Below are positions 7,506 through 18,137 of a DNA stretch of 31,940 bases, piece by piece. The DNA is from Bdellovibrionota bacterium. GTDB lineage: Bacteria; Bdellovibrionota_C; UBA2361; OMIW01. Location: contig JBIJBT010000029.1 in assembly GCA_044345055.1 (NCBI GenBank), forward strand, positions 1 to 31,940, in the 5' to 3' direction. Below the pieces are notes generated by a model. It did no database searches. It was not told the origin of the DNA and worked only from the letters and a program-made list of their open reading frames with translations. The position numbers were made by a program, and so were the translations under genes. Each line of letters begins with the position of its first letter. Within the stretch, counting starts at the first letter, position 1.

Positions 7506-9611
7506 TTAGAACCTTCCTTCATCAGCCTGAGAGTAATCCTCAGAATCATCCTCTGCATCCCCGTCACCACCATCAGAACCATCTTCACTCGATTCCGTTT
7601 TTTTCTTCTTTTTGCCCTCGAGAAAGAGCTGATATTCCTGACACGATTCGGCTAATTTCGCCATTGAAGCCTCTGGGAAGAGCGAAGCCCAGCCCCTACC
7701 AAGTCGCGCTTCAAGTCTACTTCCACGCAATGGGACCACTGCCTCCAAACCGGCCCGTCCCTTATCGTTTAGCGGAAAATGATCGTGCTCAATCTTTAAA
7801 ATACAAAAAATAACCGAAGAATCGGGAACCGCCCGATTTCCAACGCGCCGAGCCAACCAACCATTAGAATTGAGAACGACTCGAAGCGCACACCAATCCT
7901 TTACCTCCTGTTCATCAAGACCAAATTCCTCCCCTATCTTTTTTCTATCTGCAAATGAGAGGGGAGGAAGAATACGCTGGTAAGCTGGCACACTTTTGCT
8001 TTCGGCCCCTTCAGCATTCAGCTCGGCCGCCATCATCAACAGCCTCTGCTTTTGACTCACTAGCGCGACCAAATCACCGATCCGCTCTATCCACTGACGC
8101 GGAAGAATCTCACGCATCTGAGCAAGGAGATTTCGCACCGGCATAAAGACGACTTCAGAGGGTCCAATACAGGTCCCCTGAACAACTGTCGATTCGCGGC
8201 GTTGCAGAGTTTCCACCAATCTCGCAGACCACTCGGTGTGCACCTCTGCAACAATCCCGACAAGTTCAACCTCATCAATACTCGTTGCCAACTCGTGGGG
8301 GTCCGCCAAAAGAATCTCTACCCATTGCCGTGCCGCTCTCGCGGGAGCAGCCATTGTGAGCGGAAATCGAATCGGCCCCATCAGACTAAATCGCGAGCCA
8401 TATATAATAGCCTGCCTAATGTATTCCCTCTCGTAAAAGGATGATTCATCGCCAAATGCTGCGACCGAATGCAGAACGGCGCGCGCACAAAGCTCTGGGA
8501 AGCACGAAACTCGAACCCAACGACCTCCCTCAAAGCTATAGGCGAGAACTTTTCCAGCCTCGAGCGCAAGAATTATCGTAGCTACCTGAGCGGGAGTTAA
8601 GGTTCGCAGCGCATCACGATATGAATCGGTCAAAACTCGATGAAATCCAAGTAAAAGACGATGAGCATATCGCTCGACGGTTATGCCTCCCGAATCACTC
8701 TCGCTATCACCTATCTCATAGAAAGAATCATCGTCGTACGTTCCATCTAGGTAGTGACCGTGCAGATACAATGCTCGCTCAAGAGCAACCTCGGTAATCT
8801 CAATTAACGAACCTCCCTCGAAGACCCGTTCAATAACCCGATCCTCACTCATTCCGGAGGCAAATGCAGGGATGCGCGGGTCGGCAAGAATATAGCTGAT
8901 AAGTGTTTTATTTGTTTCACTTAGCGCACCGTAACGCTCCAAAACTTTAAAGAGCGATGAGGAAAGAACCGCCTCTTGGGAGGCTTCTGGTGGGCACGCA
9001 AGACCTCGTACCTGAACATCGGGAGCGCCGTTATCGGCCATTTTAAAGAGACCTGCTCTAGCACCTGAGTAAAAGAGCCGTCCATTCCCCATCTGACCCA
9101 GAAGATCCCTACCCTCGTAAGTCCCTCTATCTAACGAACGCTTTACCCACACCCAGATGACATAGGCAACCCACGCTCTCCACGAAATCAGCAGAAAAAA
9201 GAGGAGATTGAGAATACCGCGATGAACAGAGAGGATGGCGATATGACTAATAGGGGGATTTACCGAATCTGATGTAGCCTCGGCCCAACCAGACCCACTT
9301 GAAAGAACTGAATCCGATAGTCTGTTAAAGATCCATCTCTCGGGAGGAATTCCAAAGTACCACAAGAAATCAGAAAGAGACTGTTCACGATCGAGATACC
9401 CAACCACCCAATCGCTCTGAAGATCCGGCTGAGCTCTAAGTGCTTGAGTTCCCTCTGGGCGCGCCCAGAAGCTGATAAAAAGAGCAATAATCACCGCCAC
9501 CGCGCTAAGGACGGCCATTCCGAAAAAGCTCGTTCCCGAACGACCAAAGCGCTTCAGGTCGCGGAAATCAGCTGAATGCTGCCGCGAAAGTGAAGCGGAC
9601 TCGGAACCCAC
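7506..9611 (-). CDS. Uncharacterised membrane protein (701 aa; two N-terminal TM segments, large soluble domain, acidic tail)
   Basis: Long ORF with GTG start and GAGG SD; stop lies 2 nt before the coupling-protein ATG; hydrophobic stretches near aa 29-49 and 125-156. Confidence 0.85.
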   Translation of the reverse strand: MGSESASLSRQHSADFRDLKRFGRSGTSFFGMAVLSAVAVIIALFISFWARPEGTQALRAQPDLQSDWVVGYLDREQSLSDFLWYFGIPPERWIFNRLSDSVLSSGSGWAEATSDSVNPPISHIAILSVHRGILNLLFFLLISWRAWVAYVIWVWVKRSLDRGTYEGRDLLGQMGNGRLFYSGARAGLFKMADNGAPDVQVRGLACPPEASQEAVLSSSLFKVLERYGALSETNKTLISYILADPRIPAFASGMSEDRVIERVFEGGSLIEITEVALERALYLHGHYLDGTYDDDSFYEIGDSESDSGGITVERYAHRLLLGFHRVLTDSYRDALRTLTPAQVATIILALEAGKVLAYSFEGGRWVRVSCFPELCARAVLHSVAAFGDESSFYEREYIRQAIIYGSRFSLMGPIRFPLTMAAPARAARQWVEILLADPHELATSIDEVELVGIVAEVHTEWSARLVETLQRRESTVVQGTCIGPSEVVFMPVRNLLAQMREILPRQWIERIGDLVALVSQKQRLLMMAAELNAEGAESKSVPAYQRILPPLSFADRKKIGEEFGLDEQEVKDWCALRVVLNSNGWLARRVGNRAVPDSSVIFCILKIEHDHFPLNDKGRAGLEAVVPLRGSRLEARLGRGWASLFPEASMAKLAESCQEYQLFLEGKKKKKTESSEDGSDGGDGDAEDDSEDYSQADEGRF

Positions 9612-9628
9612 GAAACCTCTCTCTAGCT

Positions 9629-9653
9629 AAAAAACAACAATTTCAAATAGTTA
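9629..9653. promoter_or_regulatory. Putative IHF-binding site
   Basis: TTTCAAATAGTTA (9641-9653) matches WATCAANNNNTTR with one mismatch and is preceded by an A-rich tract. Confidence 0.3.
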
Positions 9654-9827
9654 CAGGGTACTAAATGGAATACGACCTGTACTTAGCCCTAGCAACTCCC
9701 CCTTGGTTATGAGTATGGGATTAAGCAATGTGCCTCAATAAATGGGGCCTAAGCCGCGATTCTTTTTGACGAAAGTAAGCGAGAACGCGGAATAATCATA
9801 GGACCGCGAAATAACCACAGGACTAAG

Positions 9828-10091
9828 TCATGCATCTACAACGGCGGCTCCCGGTGCCAACCCGTAAAGGGTCCAGCCGTATCCCTGCTCACCATCTCCG
9901 CTCGTAAGAACAATCTCCCAGCCCGGCTGCGGACACGATTGTTGACCTGAGCTTGAAAGCCTAAAAACCTCTTCCTCAATCGTCTCTACGATATCAATTC
10001 CAGCTTTTCTATTATCCCACGATAACGGCCGAAATCCCCCTGAATACCGAGACTCAACGACTCGACCTACCCGAACACGACGTCCATTCAT
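9828..10091 (-). CDS. Small hypothetical protein (~87 aa; ORF extends up to 10214)
   Basis: ATG at 10091 preceded by AGGAG; Trp/Gly-rich globular sequence (QPGWEIVLT...GWTLYG). Confidence 0.6.
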   Translation of the reverse strand: MNGRRVRVGRVVESRYSGGFRPLSWDNRKAGIDIVETIEEEVFRLSSSGQQSCPQPGWEIVLTSGDGEQGYGWTLYGLAPGAAVVDA

Positions 10092-10339
10092 GCTGACCGA
10101 CTCACTCCTTGATCCAATCATTCTAACCTCGCAACTCTCTGACCTCTTCAAATTCGCGCATCTGTGATCCGCATGATCTTGCACACACATCCCGAAACAC
10201 TCGATAAGCTCCACAGCGCGACGACCTTAAGGGAGCTTATGCTCACTCTGACGATAAAGTACATCTCCGCGAGCCTGCTGTCCAATGTCACTGCCTCACT
10301 AATGCCGATGCAACGATATCACGAGATCGGCCGATTTTT

Positions 10340-10666
10340 CTATTCCTCGGAGCTGGTACCGCCCTGCTCCTCGTCCGACTTATTGGGATGATAAGAGTCA
10401 ACCCGTTCCTTTAATTCCTTCCCTGGCTTAAAAAACGGGACCCGTTTTGGCCTAACGCTGATCTTTTCACTCGTCTTCGGATTTCTTCCGGTGTAGCCGT
10501 CTCTCTCCCGAACCGTGAAACTTCCAAATCCTCTGATCTCTATCCTTCCCCCTTCTCGCATCGTTTCCTTCATCGACTCATAGATTGCCTGAAGTACTTT
10601 CTCTGCCATTGGTTGACTGATAGCAGCCCGCTCGGCCAATTTTACAATGAGATCTGATCTATTCAC
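10340..10666 (-). CDS. ihfB: Integration host factor subunit beta (HU/IHF family)
   Basis: RIEIRGFGSF...GRNPKT...KRVPFFKPGKELKERVD, IHF-beta type; GGAGG SD before the GTG start. Confidence 0.9.
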   Translation of the reverse strand: MNRSDLIVKLAERAAISQPMAEKVLQAIYESMKETMREGGRIEIRGFGSFTVRERDGYTGRNPKTSEKISVRPKRVPFFKPGKELKERVDSYHPNKSDEEQGGTSSEE

Positions 10667-10933
10667 CCTGCCTCCATAAAGCGAATGAAACTGTCCTTAC
10701 TTTTGATGAACTCTCTCCAAGGTAAGGAGCAATAGCCCATCATCTTCAATTTCAGCAACTGCGACTGCACGCTATTTCAGGTAAACCACAACTGCGGCAA
10801 CCCCTCTTTCGTCCCCATTAACCGCTAATGCTCATAGCGTACGGCTCCACGCAAACTCCCGCAAGCTCCCAAAAAAGCTCGGCGAAAAGGGCAACGGGTA
10901 CGAACCGTTTTCGGTGCTCACCCCGATGGCGCC

Positions 10934-13564
10934 TCAACCAACTCTGTGAAACACACAGTTTAATTCTCCACCCCGCAACCCAACAAATACAACTCCGGCT
11001 TGGTCCTCCGGTTGATCAATCAGTAATTCGGCAACAAGGGTCTTAACCTCGCGCTGGATAAATCGCCGAAGTGGGCGAGCGCCAAATTCAGGGTCGTAAC
11101 CCTCTCGGGCCATGAATTCGCGGGCCTCGGGTGAGACCTCTAGCTTTTTACCCTGCTCATTCAACCGCCGCTGAAGCGCTGCCACCTCAAGATCAACTAT
11201 CTTCCGAAGCTGGCTCTCGGAGAGTGGACAAAAGATTATTATTTCATCGATTCTATTTAAAAATTCCGGTCGAAAACTACGCGACAAAACTCCCTGAACC
11301 TGATCCGCCGTCTCCATTAGAAGCGCGCCCGAGGAATCAAAACCGTTCAGAATGTACTCCGAAGCGAGGTTGGAGGTCATTATGATGACGGTATGGCGAC
11401 AATCAACGGTGACACCCTGAGAGTCCGTAATGCGGCCGTCATCGAGCACCTGTAGAAGCAGATTGAAAACATCTGGATGCGCCTTTTCCAGCTCATCGAA
11501 GAGGACCACTGCGTGGGGGCGCCGTCGAATCGCCTCGGTTAACTGCCCACCCTGATCAAATCCGATGTATCCGGGAGGAGCCCCGATTAATCGGCTGACC
11601 GATGCCTTCTCCATGTACTCGCTCATATCGAGCCGCACAATCGCCTCCTCGGAGTCAAAGAGCGCCTCTGCGAGCGCTTTAGCGAGCTCCGTTTTTCCAA
11701 CTCCGGTCGGTCCTAAAAAAAGAAAACTTCCAACAGGTCGTTTCGGATCGTTCACCCCGGTGCGTGACCGCATAATCGCGGCACTCACCAGATCAACTGC
11801 ATCGTTCTGACCAATAACCCGCTCATGCAAGATATCGGCGAGTCGTCGCAATTTTTCTCTCTCTCCCCTCAAAAGCTTGGTCGCGGGAATACCGGTCCAT
11901 CGACCGACAATCGATGCAACTTCATCTTCGCCCACAGATTCACGCAGCAGCCGATGACCCGAGGACGAAAGACTCATTAGCCGCTGCTCTTCATACCCGA
12001 TTCTCTGCTGAAGCTCAGACATAACACGCGATGACAACTCCGCAGCCCGCGCTAATTCGTATCTTCTTTCAGCCTCCGCTATCGAAATTTTCAGCTCCTG
12101 CATCTCTTTACGCAGCTTAGATAGCGCGCTGATCACCCGCTTTTCATCTTCCCACTGAAGACGCATCGCAGCCATTTTTTCGCGCACCCCATGAAGCTCG
12201 CGCCTCAATTCCGGGAGCCGATCTATGCTTTTGCGATCGGTCTCTCCACGAATCGACGCCTCCTCAATCTCAAGCTGTCGGCTGCGACGAAATAGATCAT
12301 CAAGCTGCTGCGGAGTTGAATCAAGCTCGGTGCGCACCGTCGCGCACGCTTCATCAACAAGATCAATCGCTTTATCGGGCAAAAACCGTGTCGAAAGATA
12401 ACGGGTGGAGAGTCGTACCGCTGTAATGAGCGCACCATCGGTAATCTTTACTCCGTGATGAATCTCAAGCCGCTCTTTGATGCCGCGAAGAATCGCGATA
12501 GCATCCTCTTCGGAGGGCTCTTCAACCGGAATCGGTTGAAATCTTCGCTCTAGCGCGGGGTCTTTCTCGATGTATTTGCGATATTCAGCAACCGTTGTTG
12601 CTCCAATACAGTGGAGCTCACCCCGAGCCAACATAGGCTTGAGAAGATTCCCCGCATCCATCGCCCCGTCACCCTTACCAGCCCCAACAATAGTATGGAG
12701 CTCATCGATAAAGAGCAGAATATTCCCTTCAGCCTCCTTCAACTCCCGCAACAGCTCCTGAAGCCGTTCCTCAAAGTCTCCCCGATAACGTGTGCCCGCG
12801 ACTAGCGAACCAACATCAAGGGCGAAAAGAATTTTTCCCTTCAAACCGGTTGGCACATCCCCAGCAACAATCCGCTGCGCCAAACCCTCAACGATAGCCG
12901 TTTTTCCAACTCCCGGCTCACCGATTAATACCGGATTATTCTTCGTCTTACGCGATAAAATTCTCACTGCACGCCGAACCTCTGCATCTCGACCGATGAC
13001 CGGCTCAAGCTTTCCTGCTCGGGCCTCACTCACAAGATCACGACCGAACCGCGAGAGATTTTTTGTAGCAATTCCCCCTGAAACGACCTCAGCTCGACCC
13101 TGGTCTGCCTGCACGAGGCTATCAACGAGCGCAAGTACCCGCGCTTTCGTAATTCGATACTTTTTGAGCACCCGACCTGCATAACCTGGCTCGATACTCT
13201 CAGTAATCCCAATAAGAATCAGTTCAGGCGACACCACCGGCGATTGTCGAATCGCCGCGAGAGCCTCCGCCTTTTCGAGGGCATCAAGAAGCCCTTTCGT
13301 CAGAAAAACTTTGGATGGATCAGGAACTACACCTCCCGATGCCTTACGCGAGCGTCTCGTAACCTCTCGCTCCATCTCCTGTTGAACAAGCTGAGGGGGA
13401 GCCTCTAAAACACTGAGCAACCGAGGCACGACACCCCCATCATCAAGAGTAAGCGATAACAACACATGGTCGGTATCAACCTCAGAAACTCCAGCAGTTG
13501 CAGCTATTTGCTGTGCCCGCTGCAAGATGGCCCGAGATGTATCAGATAATTTTGATGGATCCAC
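10934..13564 (-). CDS. clpB: ATP-dependent chaperone ClpB
   Basis: Clp N-domain; NBD1 [15 protein letters not shown]; coiled-coil middle domain; NBD2 [39 protein letters not shown]; no ClpP-binding IGF loop seen. Confidence 0.95.
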   Translation of the reverse strand: MDPSKLSDTSRAILQRAQQIAATAGVSEVDTDHVLLSLTLDDGGVVPRLLSVLEAPPQLVQQEMEREVTRRSRKASGGVVPDPSKVFLTKGLLDALEKAEALAAIRQSPVVSPELILIGITESIEPGYAGRVLKKYRITKARVLALVDSLVQADQGRAEVVSGGIATKNLSRFGRDLVSEARAGKLEPVIGRDAEVRRAVRILSRKTKNNPVLIGEPGVGKTAIVEGLAQRIVAGDVPTGLKGKILFALDVGSLVAGTRYRGDFEERLQELLRELKEAEGNILLFIDELHTIVGAGKGDGAMDAGNLLKPMLARGELHCIGATTVAEYRKYIEKDPALERRFQPIPVEEPSEEDAIAILRGIKERLEIHHGVKITDGALITAVRLSTRYLSTRFLPDKAIDLVDEACATVRTELDSTPQQLDDLFRRSRQLEIEEASIRGETDRKSIDRLPELRRELHGVREKMAAMRLQWEDEKRVISALSKLRKEMQELKISIAEAERRYELARAAELSSRVMSELQQRIGYEEQRLMSLSSSGHRLLRESVGEDEVASIVGRWTGIPATKLLRGEREKLRRLADILHERVIGQNDAVDLVSAAIMRSRTGVNDPKRPVGSFLFLGPTGVGKTELAKALAEALFDSEEAIVRLDMSEYMEKASVSRLIGAPPGYIGFDQGGQLTEAIRRRPHAVVLFDELEKAHPDVFNLLLQVLDDGRITDSQGVTVDCRHTVIIMTSNLASEYILNGFDSSGALLMETADQVQGVLSRSFRPEFLNRIDEIIIFCPLSESQLRKIVDLEVAALQRRLNEQGKKLEVSPEAREFMAREGYDPEFGARPLRRFIQREVKTLVAELLIDQPEDQAGVVFVGLRGGELNCVFHRVG

Positions 13565-14711
13565 CGACTACCTTTTGCTTATTATCTTGGAGAAACACTC
13601 CCGTTCTATTCGGAGCACTTAAATAGTTGTGCAGCAGCGTTCTGAGACGGCTAAAGCGTCGCGATTCTTGATTTTAATTTTTTTTGCACTTTTTTTCTAC
13701 TGTTATTGATAGGCAAGATCTTGGTTAATTTTAGGCTATTAGGGCCGATTGGCTGTTTTACATATGAACGATGACGCGGTTGATGATCTCAATTCGCTCC
13801 ACTGTGTTGAAATTGCCCCGCTTATCAAAATTATTCCATAAGATCGGGATATCGATGCTTTTGCGTACAAATCTCACAATCAGAATGTTGATGCCCTTCG
13901 GATTGATGAACAACGAAATAGGTAGGTGGCAAGCTTCTCAAAATGAAACTCCGCCACCCCAAAGAAACGCTTTCATATCGCGATATCATGATAATGTAAG
14001 CCCACCACACGAAGAGCTCTGACAAACTCTCTTCAATTCATGGTGCAAGCCAGAACAATCCCCACCACATCGCCGAAAGACACGTCTGCCGAGGTTTGCT
14101 TAGACCTATATTCGACTGTAGTATCTTTGACGAACTCGAGATGATGTCCATAGAACACTCCTTGGTGGTTTAAGCGCTTCTAGGAGAGAATATTTTAACG
14201 TATTTTCAGGGTGTTCTTTGTTTTTTCTCCGTTCAGAAGTTCCGGAATTTCAGTGGCGACTACTGGAACAGAAAAAAAAATCATCAAGTTCTTCACGATG
14301 GCGCTGTGGCGCTTTCGGACGCAGAGGAGCAGGGGTGAACGAGAGGGGTGAAGAGCTTTTTGGAACGCTTGGTCGGAAACAGGGGTAAAGCATATGCTAG
14401 GTTTATTCAGAAATGGCGAGAAATCTGCCCGAAATGAGGCCGGCCTTAACCGTAATGTGAGAACAGCTATTGGAGAAAATATTCAGATTGCTTTGACGTT
14501 GGCGTATATAGAGTGCGACGCTTATCGTTGGATATATCAAGGAAGCGCAGAGCATGGTTAGGTCCCTCTCGGACTCAGGCCACATATCGAATCTGCAAAA
14601 AGAAATTTTCGTAAGGGAAACGCTAGTTTTTTACCAAATACCGACGACTTCTCTTAATTTTCCGGGCACTTCCCGAAATTCTGGGAACAAAGGAACCGAT
14701 GTGTCGGCGAA

Positions 14712-15704
14712 TTGTTTCGTGACCTCTACCCAAAGAATTGGCAAGCAGATATCGCAAATGAGGTTTTTGTTCGACCAGAAATTCTCAGAGCCGGCTTCCT
14801 GCCGCGAGATCAGCCTCTAGTGCTAAGTAGTGAGGGGAATTTAGCTCGAGACTACCTCATCAGTTTTGGAAAAAATGTTCTCCTCAGACGAAATAGTCCT
14901 GAGGCTTCTGAAATAAAAGAGTTATGCTCAAAAGTAGATAAGCCCGTTCACGAAGCGCGCTTCAAACAGCTTCAGTTACTCTTTCTGGGGGAGTGTCTCC
15001 CGCCTTGGGGCGACAAAGCTCTTCCGAATGGAATACAAGATAATCGGATTGAGACAATTTTTAGAATGTGGGCAGCTTTCAGGGTCGCTGAGGGTGGGTT
15101 ACAGGACCTTGCGCATAGGTGGAATGGACATTCGCTTGACTATCAGAATTGTAACGCTAACGAATGGATTAATACAATTCTTACGGAAGAATCGAATAAA
15201 GAAAAGGTAAACAAAATTTATACCTTAGCCGCTGATGTTGGGCTTGCGGTAACACTAGTTCAAGGAGCTCAGGCGGCATTCGGTATTGATTCCAACCGGT
15301 ATTCAGATGGTCCACCGAATGATCCCAACCAAATAGTGGATAACCTGGTTACGGATATTAAATCGCTTAAAGAAAAACTGCTGCAGAGGTTCGAGGAGTT
15401 AAAGGGGATTGATGACAGCATGAGCTCGATCCTGTCGGATTATGCAGAATCGCGACTGAATGGATTGGTAGACAGGCCGCTGAGCTCAGATACTGATCTC
15501 GTCGATCTCGTTGTCCCGATTCCTGGGACTGATTTCCGAGCATCATCAGCAAAAGAGAGAAAATCCGAAAACATTCAAGAGAATCCAGTAACCGGCAAAA
15601 CGGCCCTAAAGATTCTTCGAACGGCTGTCGGTGACGATAAAGTCGGCAATTTTCTTTTGGATTCTTTGGAGCAACTCTTGCGCGAAGGGCCTAGCGGTGA
15701 ATAA
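14712..15704 (+). CDS. Hypothetical helical protein (330 aa), start uncertain
   Basis: Long open frame with protein-like composition; the first start is a TTG with weak SD; no family recognised. Confidence 0.6.
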   Translation: MFRDLYPKNWQADIANEVFVRPEILRAGFLPRDQPLVLSSEGNLARDYLISFGKNVLLRRNSPEASEIKELCSKVDKPVHEARFKQLQLLFLGECLPPWGDKALPNGIQDNRIETIFRMWAAFRVAEGGLQDLAHRWNGHSLDYQNCNANEWINTILTEESNKEKVNKIYTLAADVGLAVTLVQGAQAAFGIDSNRYSDGPPNDPNQIVDNLVTDIKSLKEKLLQRFEELKGIDDSMSSILSDYAESRLNGLVDRPLSSDTDLVDLVVPIPGTDFRASSAKERKSENIQENPVTGKTALKILRTAVGDDKVGNFLLDSLEQLLREGPSGE

Positions 15705-15817
15705 CGACCCATAACCTTAAATCTGCGGAAGAAGTATTCACCGCCGCTTTCACCGCCGCTCAGACACTTCCAATATTCGTGGACGAATTGCTGGTGGCGA
15801 TTGAGCGATTGATCTAA
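15701..15817 (+). pseudogene. Probable C-terminal remnant of a HEPN (HI0074-type) protein
   Basis: Start-less frame ITTHNLKSAEEVFTAAFTAAQTLPIFVDELLVAIERLI* resembles the T-Y-N-x-x-x-A-E-E-V helix that follows the HEPN RxxxxH motif; lies just upstream of an MNT gene. Confidence 0.45.
15737..15760 (+). repeat. Perfect 12-bp tandem duplication (TTCACCGCCGCT x2)
   Basis: Read directly at 15737-15748 and 15749-15760. Confidence 0.9.
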
Positions 15818-15896
15818 AAGGCTTTGAATTACTCACTAGCGAGTTAGAACTGTTCCGATATCTGACAAGAGCGGCAAAACAACAAAAAAGGTCACG

Positions 15897-16221
15897 ATGC
15901 ATCCATGGGGGCTTGAGGAACGACTCTGGAGAGAGATGAACGAACTGGCTGTTTGGCCGTTGCAGCGTGCGGGATGCACGGTGTCTATATTCGGCTCCAG
16001 AGCTCGCGGTGATCAGGCAAAGTTCTCAGATGTCGATTATACTAATCGAGGGCCCAGCAACCCGATCTCAACTCTCTTCCATCGCAGAACAGCTCGAAGA
16101 GAGCACCCTGCCTGTGCAGGTCGATCTTGTACTTTTTCAAGATCTCGCCGAGAGCTATCGCGATGGACTTCTGAGAGATAGAGTTGTGTTACCGATTGAG
16201 GGCGGCATTGCAAAGGGGTAG
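15897..16221 (+). pseudogene. Frameshifted minimal nucleotidyltransferase (MNT, MntA-type antitoxin)
   Basis: First frame gives IFGSRARGDQAKFSDVD. One extra T at 16037/16038 moves the continuation ILIEG...LEESTLPVQVDLV into the next frame. Confidence 0.85.
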
Positions 16222-16452
16222 CCTGTTTGTCTCAATTCCCACAAGACGACCCCATAACGGGGTTACCTGAATAAAATATAGGCTTCCAATCGAGGCTTGG
16301 TGGCCTTTGACCTTGTGAGGAGCGTTAGAGGGCGGTATCCTCATCATTAATAATCAGGGGTGCGTCTTCCGAGACCTTCCGGCCGCCATAACTCCCGAGC
16401 CTTGCAACGGATTTAATCGCGATAAATTAAAAAGCCGTCTCTTTCAAGCGCT

Positions 16453-18045
16453 ATGAATACATCAAACACTGCGAAAACATCAAACACCGTGAACAAACCA
16501 AATACTCTCCAAACCTCCGCGAATCGCTCTGTACGCTTTATTCTAAACTCAACGACTCTGATTGCTGCTCTTGCCTCTCCGATTGTCGCTTTTTCCTCGA
16601 TTGCGGCGGCTCCGAGCCCGTGCTTTGCTGAAGGGGGTCAGAACGATGCAATCGCAGCCGCCTCAACACTAACGACTGCGTTTGAGCGAGTTGCCGATAT
16701 TATTCAACCCTCCGTTGTGAGCATCAGCGCGACAAAAAAACCGAAACTCCCGACAAATGGGCCGAAAAACAACAAAGCCCCTCGCACCCTTCCAAACGAT
16801 CCTTTTTTTGATCCGTTCCGGGAATTTTTCGGGGACGATTTTATGGAGCGTTTTGGCAACCAATCGCCTGAACAGGCTCCTCAAACAGGACTCGGCACCG
16901 GCGTTATTATCGACACCAACGGCCACATTGTGACGAATAATCACGTTGTTGGTGAGGCCGATGAGGTGATCGTGCGGATACACGGCGACAAAAAAGAATA
17001 TAAAGCAGAGGTTGTAGGGTCGGATCCAAGGAGCGATCTAGCTGTTATAAAAGTAATCGGTGCCCCGAAATTAGTGCCTGCAACGTTCGGAGATTCAGAA
17101 AAATTGCGGATAGGCGAATGGGTTATCGCGGCAGGAAATCCCTTTGGGCTGCAAAATTCGATCACAGCGGGTATCGTGAGCGCAAAAGGCCGTTCGCTCT
17201 CCAATACTGGACAGTACGAGGATTTCATTCAGACCGATGCTGCAATTAATCCCGGCAATAGCGGGGGGCCGCTTGTAAATCTCTACGGCGAAGTTATCGG
17301 CATCAACACCGCCATCTTCTCTCGTAGCGGAGGCTACATGGGTATCGGATTTGCGATACCAAGTAACATGGCGAAATCGGTCTCATCAAGTTTGATAACC
17401 AAGGGCAAAGTTGTCCGCGGATGGTTGGGAGTCGCTATTCAGAATCTCACCGAAGAGATGGCCTCTTCATTCAGCTTTTCTGAGACAGAGGGTGCTCTGG
17501 TTGGGCAGGTTCAGCCAGGAAGCCCTGCGGATAAAGCGGGCATGAATCAGGGCGATATCGTTGTTTCATTCAATGGGGAGAAGATTAAAGATGTTAATCA
17601 TCTTCGAAACCTCGTTGCGAGCACTCCGCCAGGAAGCTCGATTCCAGTAACTGTTTTCCGAGAAGGTAAACAGGTTAAACTCACCGTTGCAGTTGATGAG
17701 CTCGCTCAAAAAGATTCTGAGTTCGGCAGCCCAGAAGCCGAGGATGGGTCAACAAATACGACGCTTGGGATTGCAATCGACAATCTCACTCCTGAACTTG
17801 CGCGCCGTATCGGCTCGAAGCGACGGTCCGGTGTGGTGGTTCTCTCTGTGCAACCGGGGAGTATCGCAGATGATGCGGGCCTTCTAGTGCGCGATGTTAT
17901 CGTTAGTGTTGACGGTCAGGAGATCACTTCCGTAAAAGAATTCATCAACTCCGTCACTGAAAAGGCGGTAAAAAGCCCACGCGGCGTTCGGCTCGTGGTC
18001 GAATCCCGAGGTATGGAGCGCTTTATTATTATGAAGGCGCGATAA
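16453..18045 (+). CDS. degP: Do/DegP/DegQ periplasmic serine endoprotease with two PDZ domains
   Basis: Signal-like N-terminus; catalytic triad VTNNHVV, SDLAVIK, INPGNSGGPL; RGWLGV start of PDZ1; second PDZ domain. DegP versus DegQ cannot be resolved. Confidence 0.93.
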   Translation: MNTSNTAKTSNTVNKPNTLQTSANRSVRFILNSTTLIAALASPIVAFSSIAAAPSPCFAEGGQNDAIAAASTLTTAFERVADIIQPSVVSISATKKPKLPTNGPKNNKAPRTLPNDPFFDPFREFFGDDFMERFGNQSPEQAPQTGLGTGVIIDTNGHIVTNNHVVGEADEVIVRIHGDKKEYKAEVVGSDPRSDLAVIKVIGAPKLVPATFGDSEKLRIGEWVIAAGNPFGLQNSITAGIVSAKGRSLSNTGQYEDFIQTDAAINPGNSGGPLVNLYGEVIGINTAIFSRSGGYMGIGFAIPSNMAKSVSSSLITKGKVVRGWLGVAIQNLTEEMASSFSFSETEGALVGQVQPGSPADKAGMNQGDIVVSFNGEKIKDVNHLRNLVASTPPGSSIPVTVFREGKQVKLTVAVDELAQKDSEFGSPEAEDGSTNTTLGIAIDNLTPELARRIGSKRRSGVVVLSVQPGSIADDAGLLVRDVIVSVDGQEITSVKEFINSVTEKAVKSPRGVRLVVESRGMERFIIMKAR

Positions 18046-18067
18046 TTATAGCGGAATTCTGGTGTAT

Positions 18068-18115
18068 AAAAGGGCTCGGTAGCGGGGGGCTTCAGTAATC
18101 TCCGCTACCGAGCCC
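18068..18115 (-). terminator. Rho-independent terminator between convergent degP and map
   Basis: Perfect 14-bp inverted repeat GGGCTCGGTAGCGG (18072-18085)/CCGCTACCGAGCCC (18102-18115), followed by TTTTAT on the minus strand. Confidence 0.8.
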
Positions 18116-18137
18116 CTCGCTATTGACCATACAGTCA

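Noticed and set aside
4987..9611. Calling the region an ICE or conjugative element
   Set aside because: No relaxase, VirB4, integrase or att-like repeats were recognised in the window.
10934..13564. ClpV/TssH (type VI secretion) or ClpC identity
   Set aside because: A full-length middle domain, no IGF loop and no T6SS genes nearby all fit ClpB.
13565..13700. CIRCE/HrcA operator upstream of clpB
   Set aside because: Only CACTC/GAGCAC fragments are present; no TTAGCACTC-N9-GAGTGCTAA.
13771..14820. Short ORFs 13771-14022, 13831-14025, 14403-14585 and 14554-14820
   Set aside because: Mutually overlapping, with no recognisable motifs or convincing RBS.
15967..16221. Separate 84-aa gene overlapping the 94-aa ORF, or a programmed frameshift
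   Set aside because: The two ORFs are halves of one MNT, and no slippery heptamer lies at the shift site.
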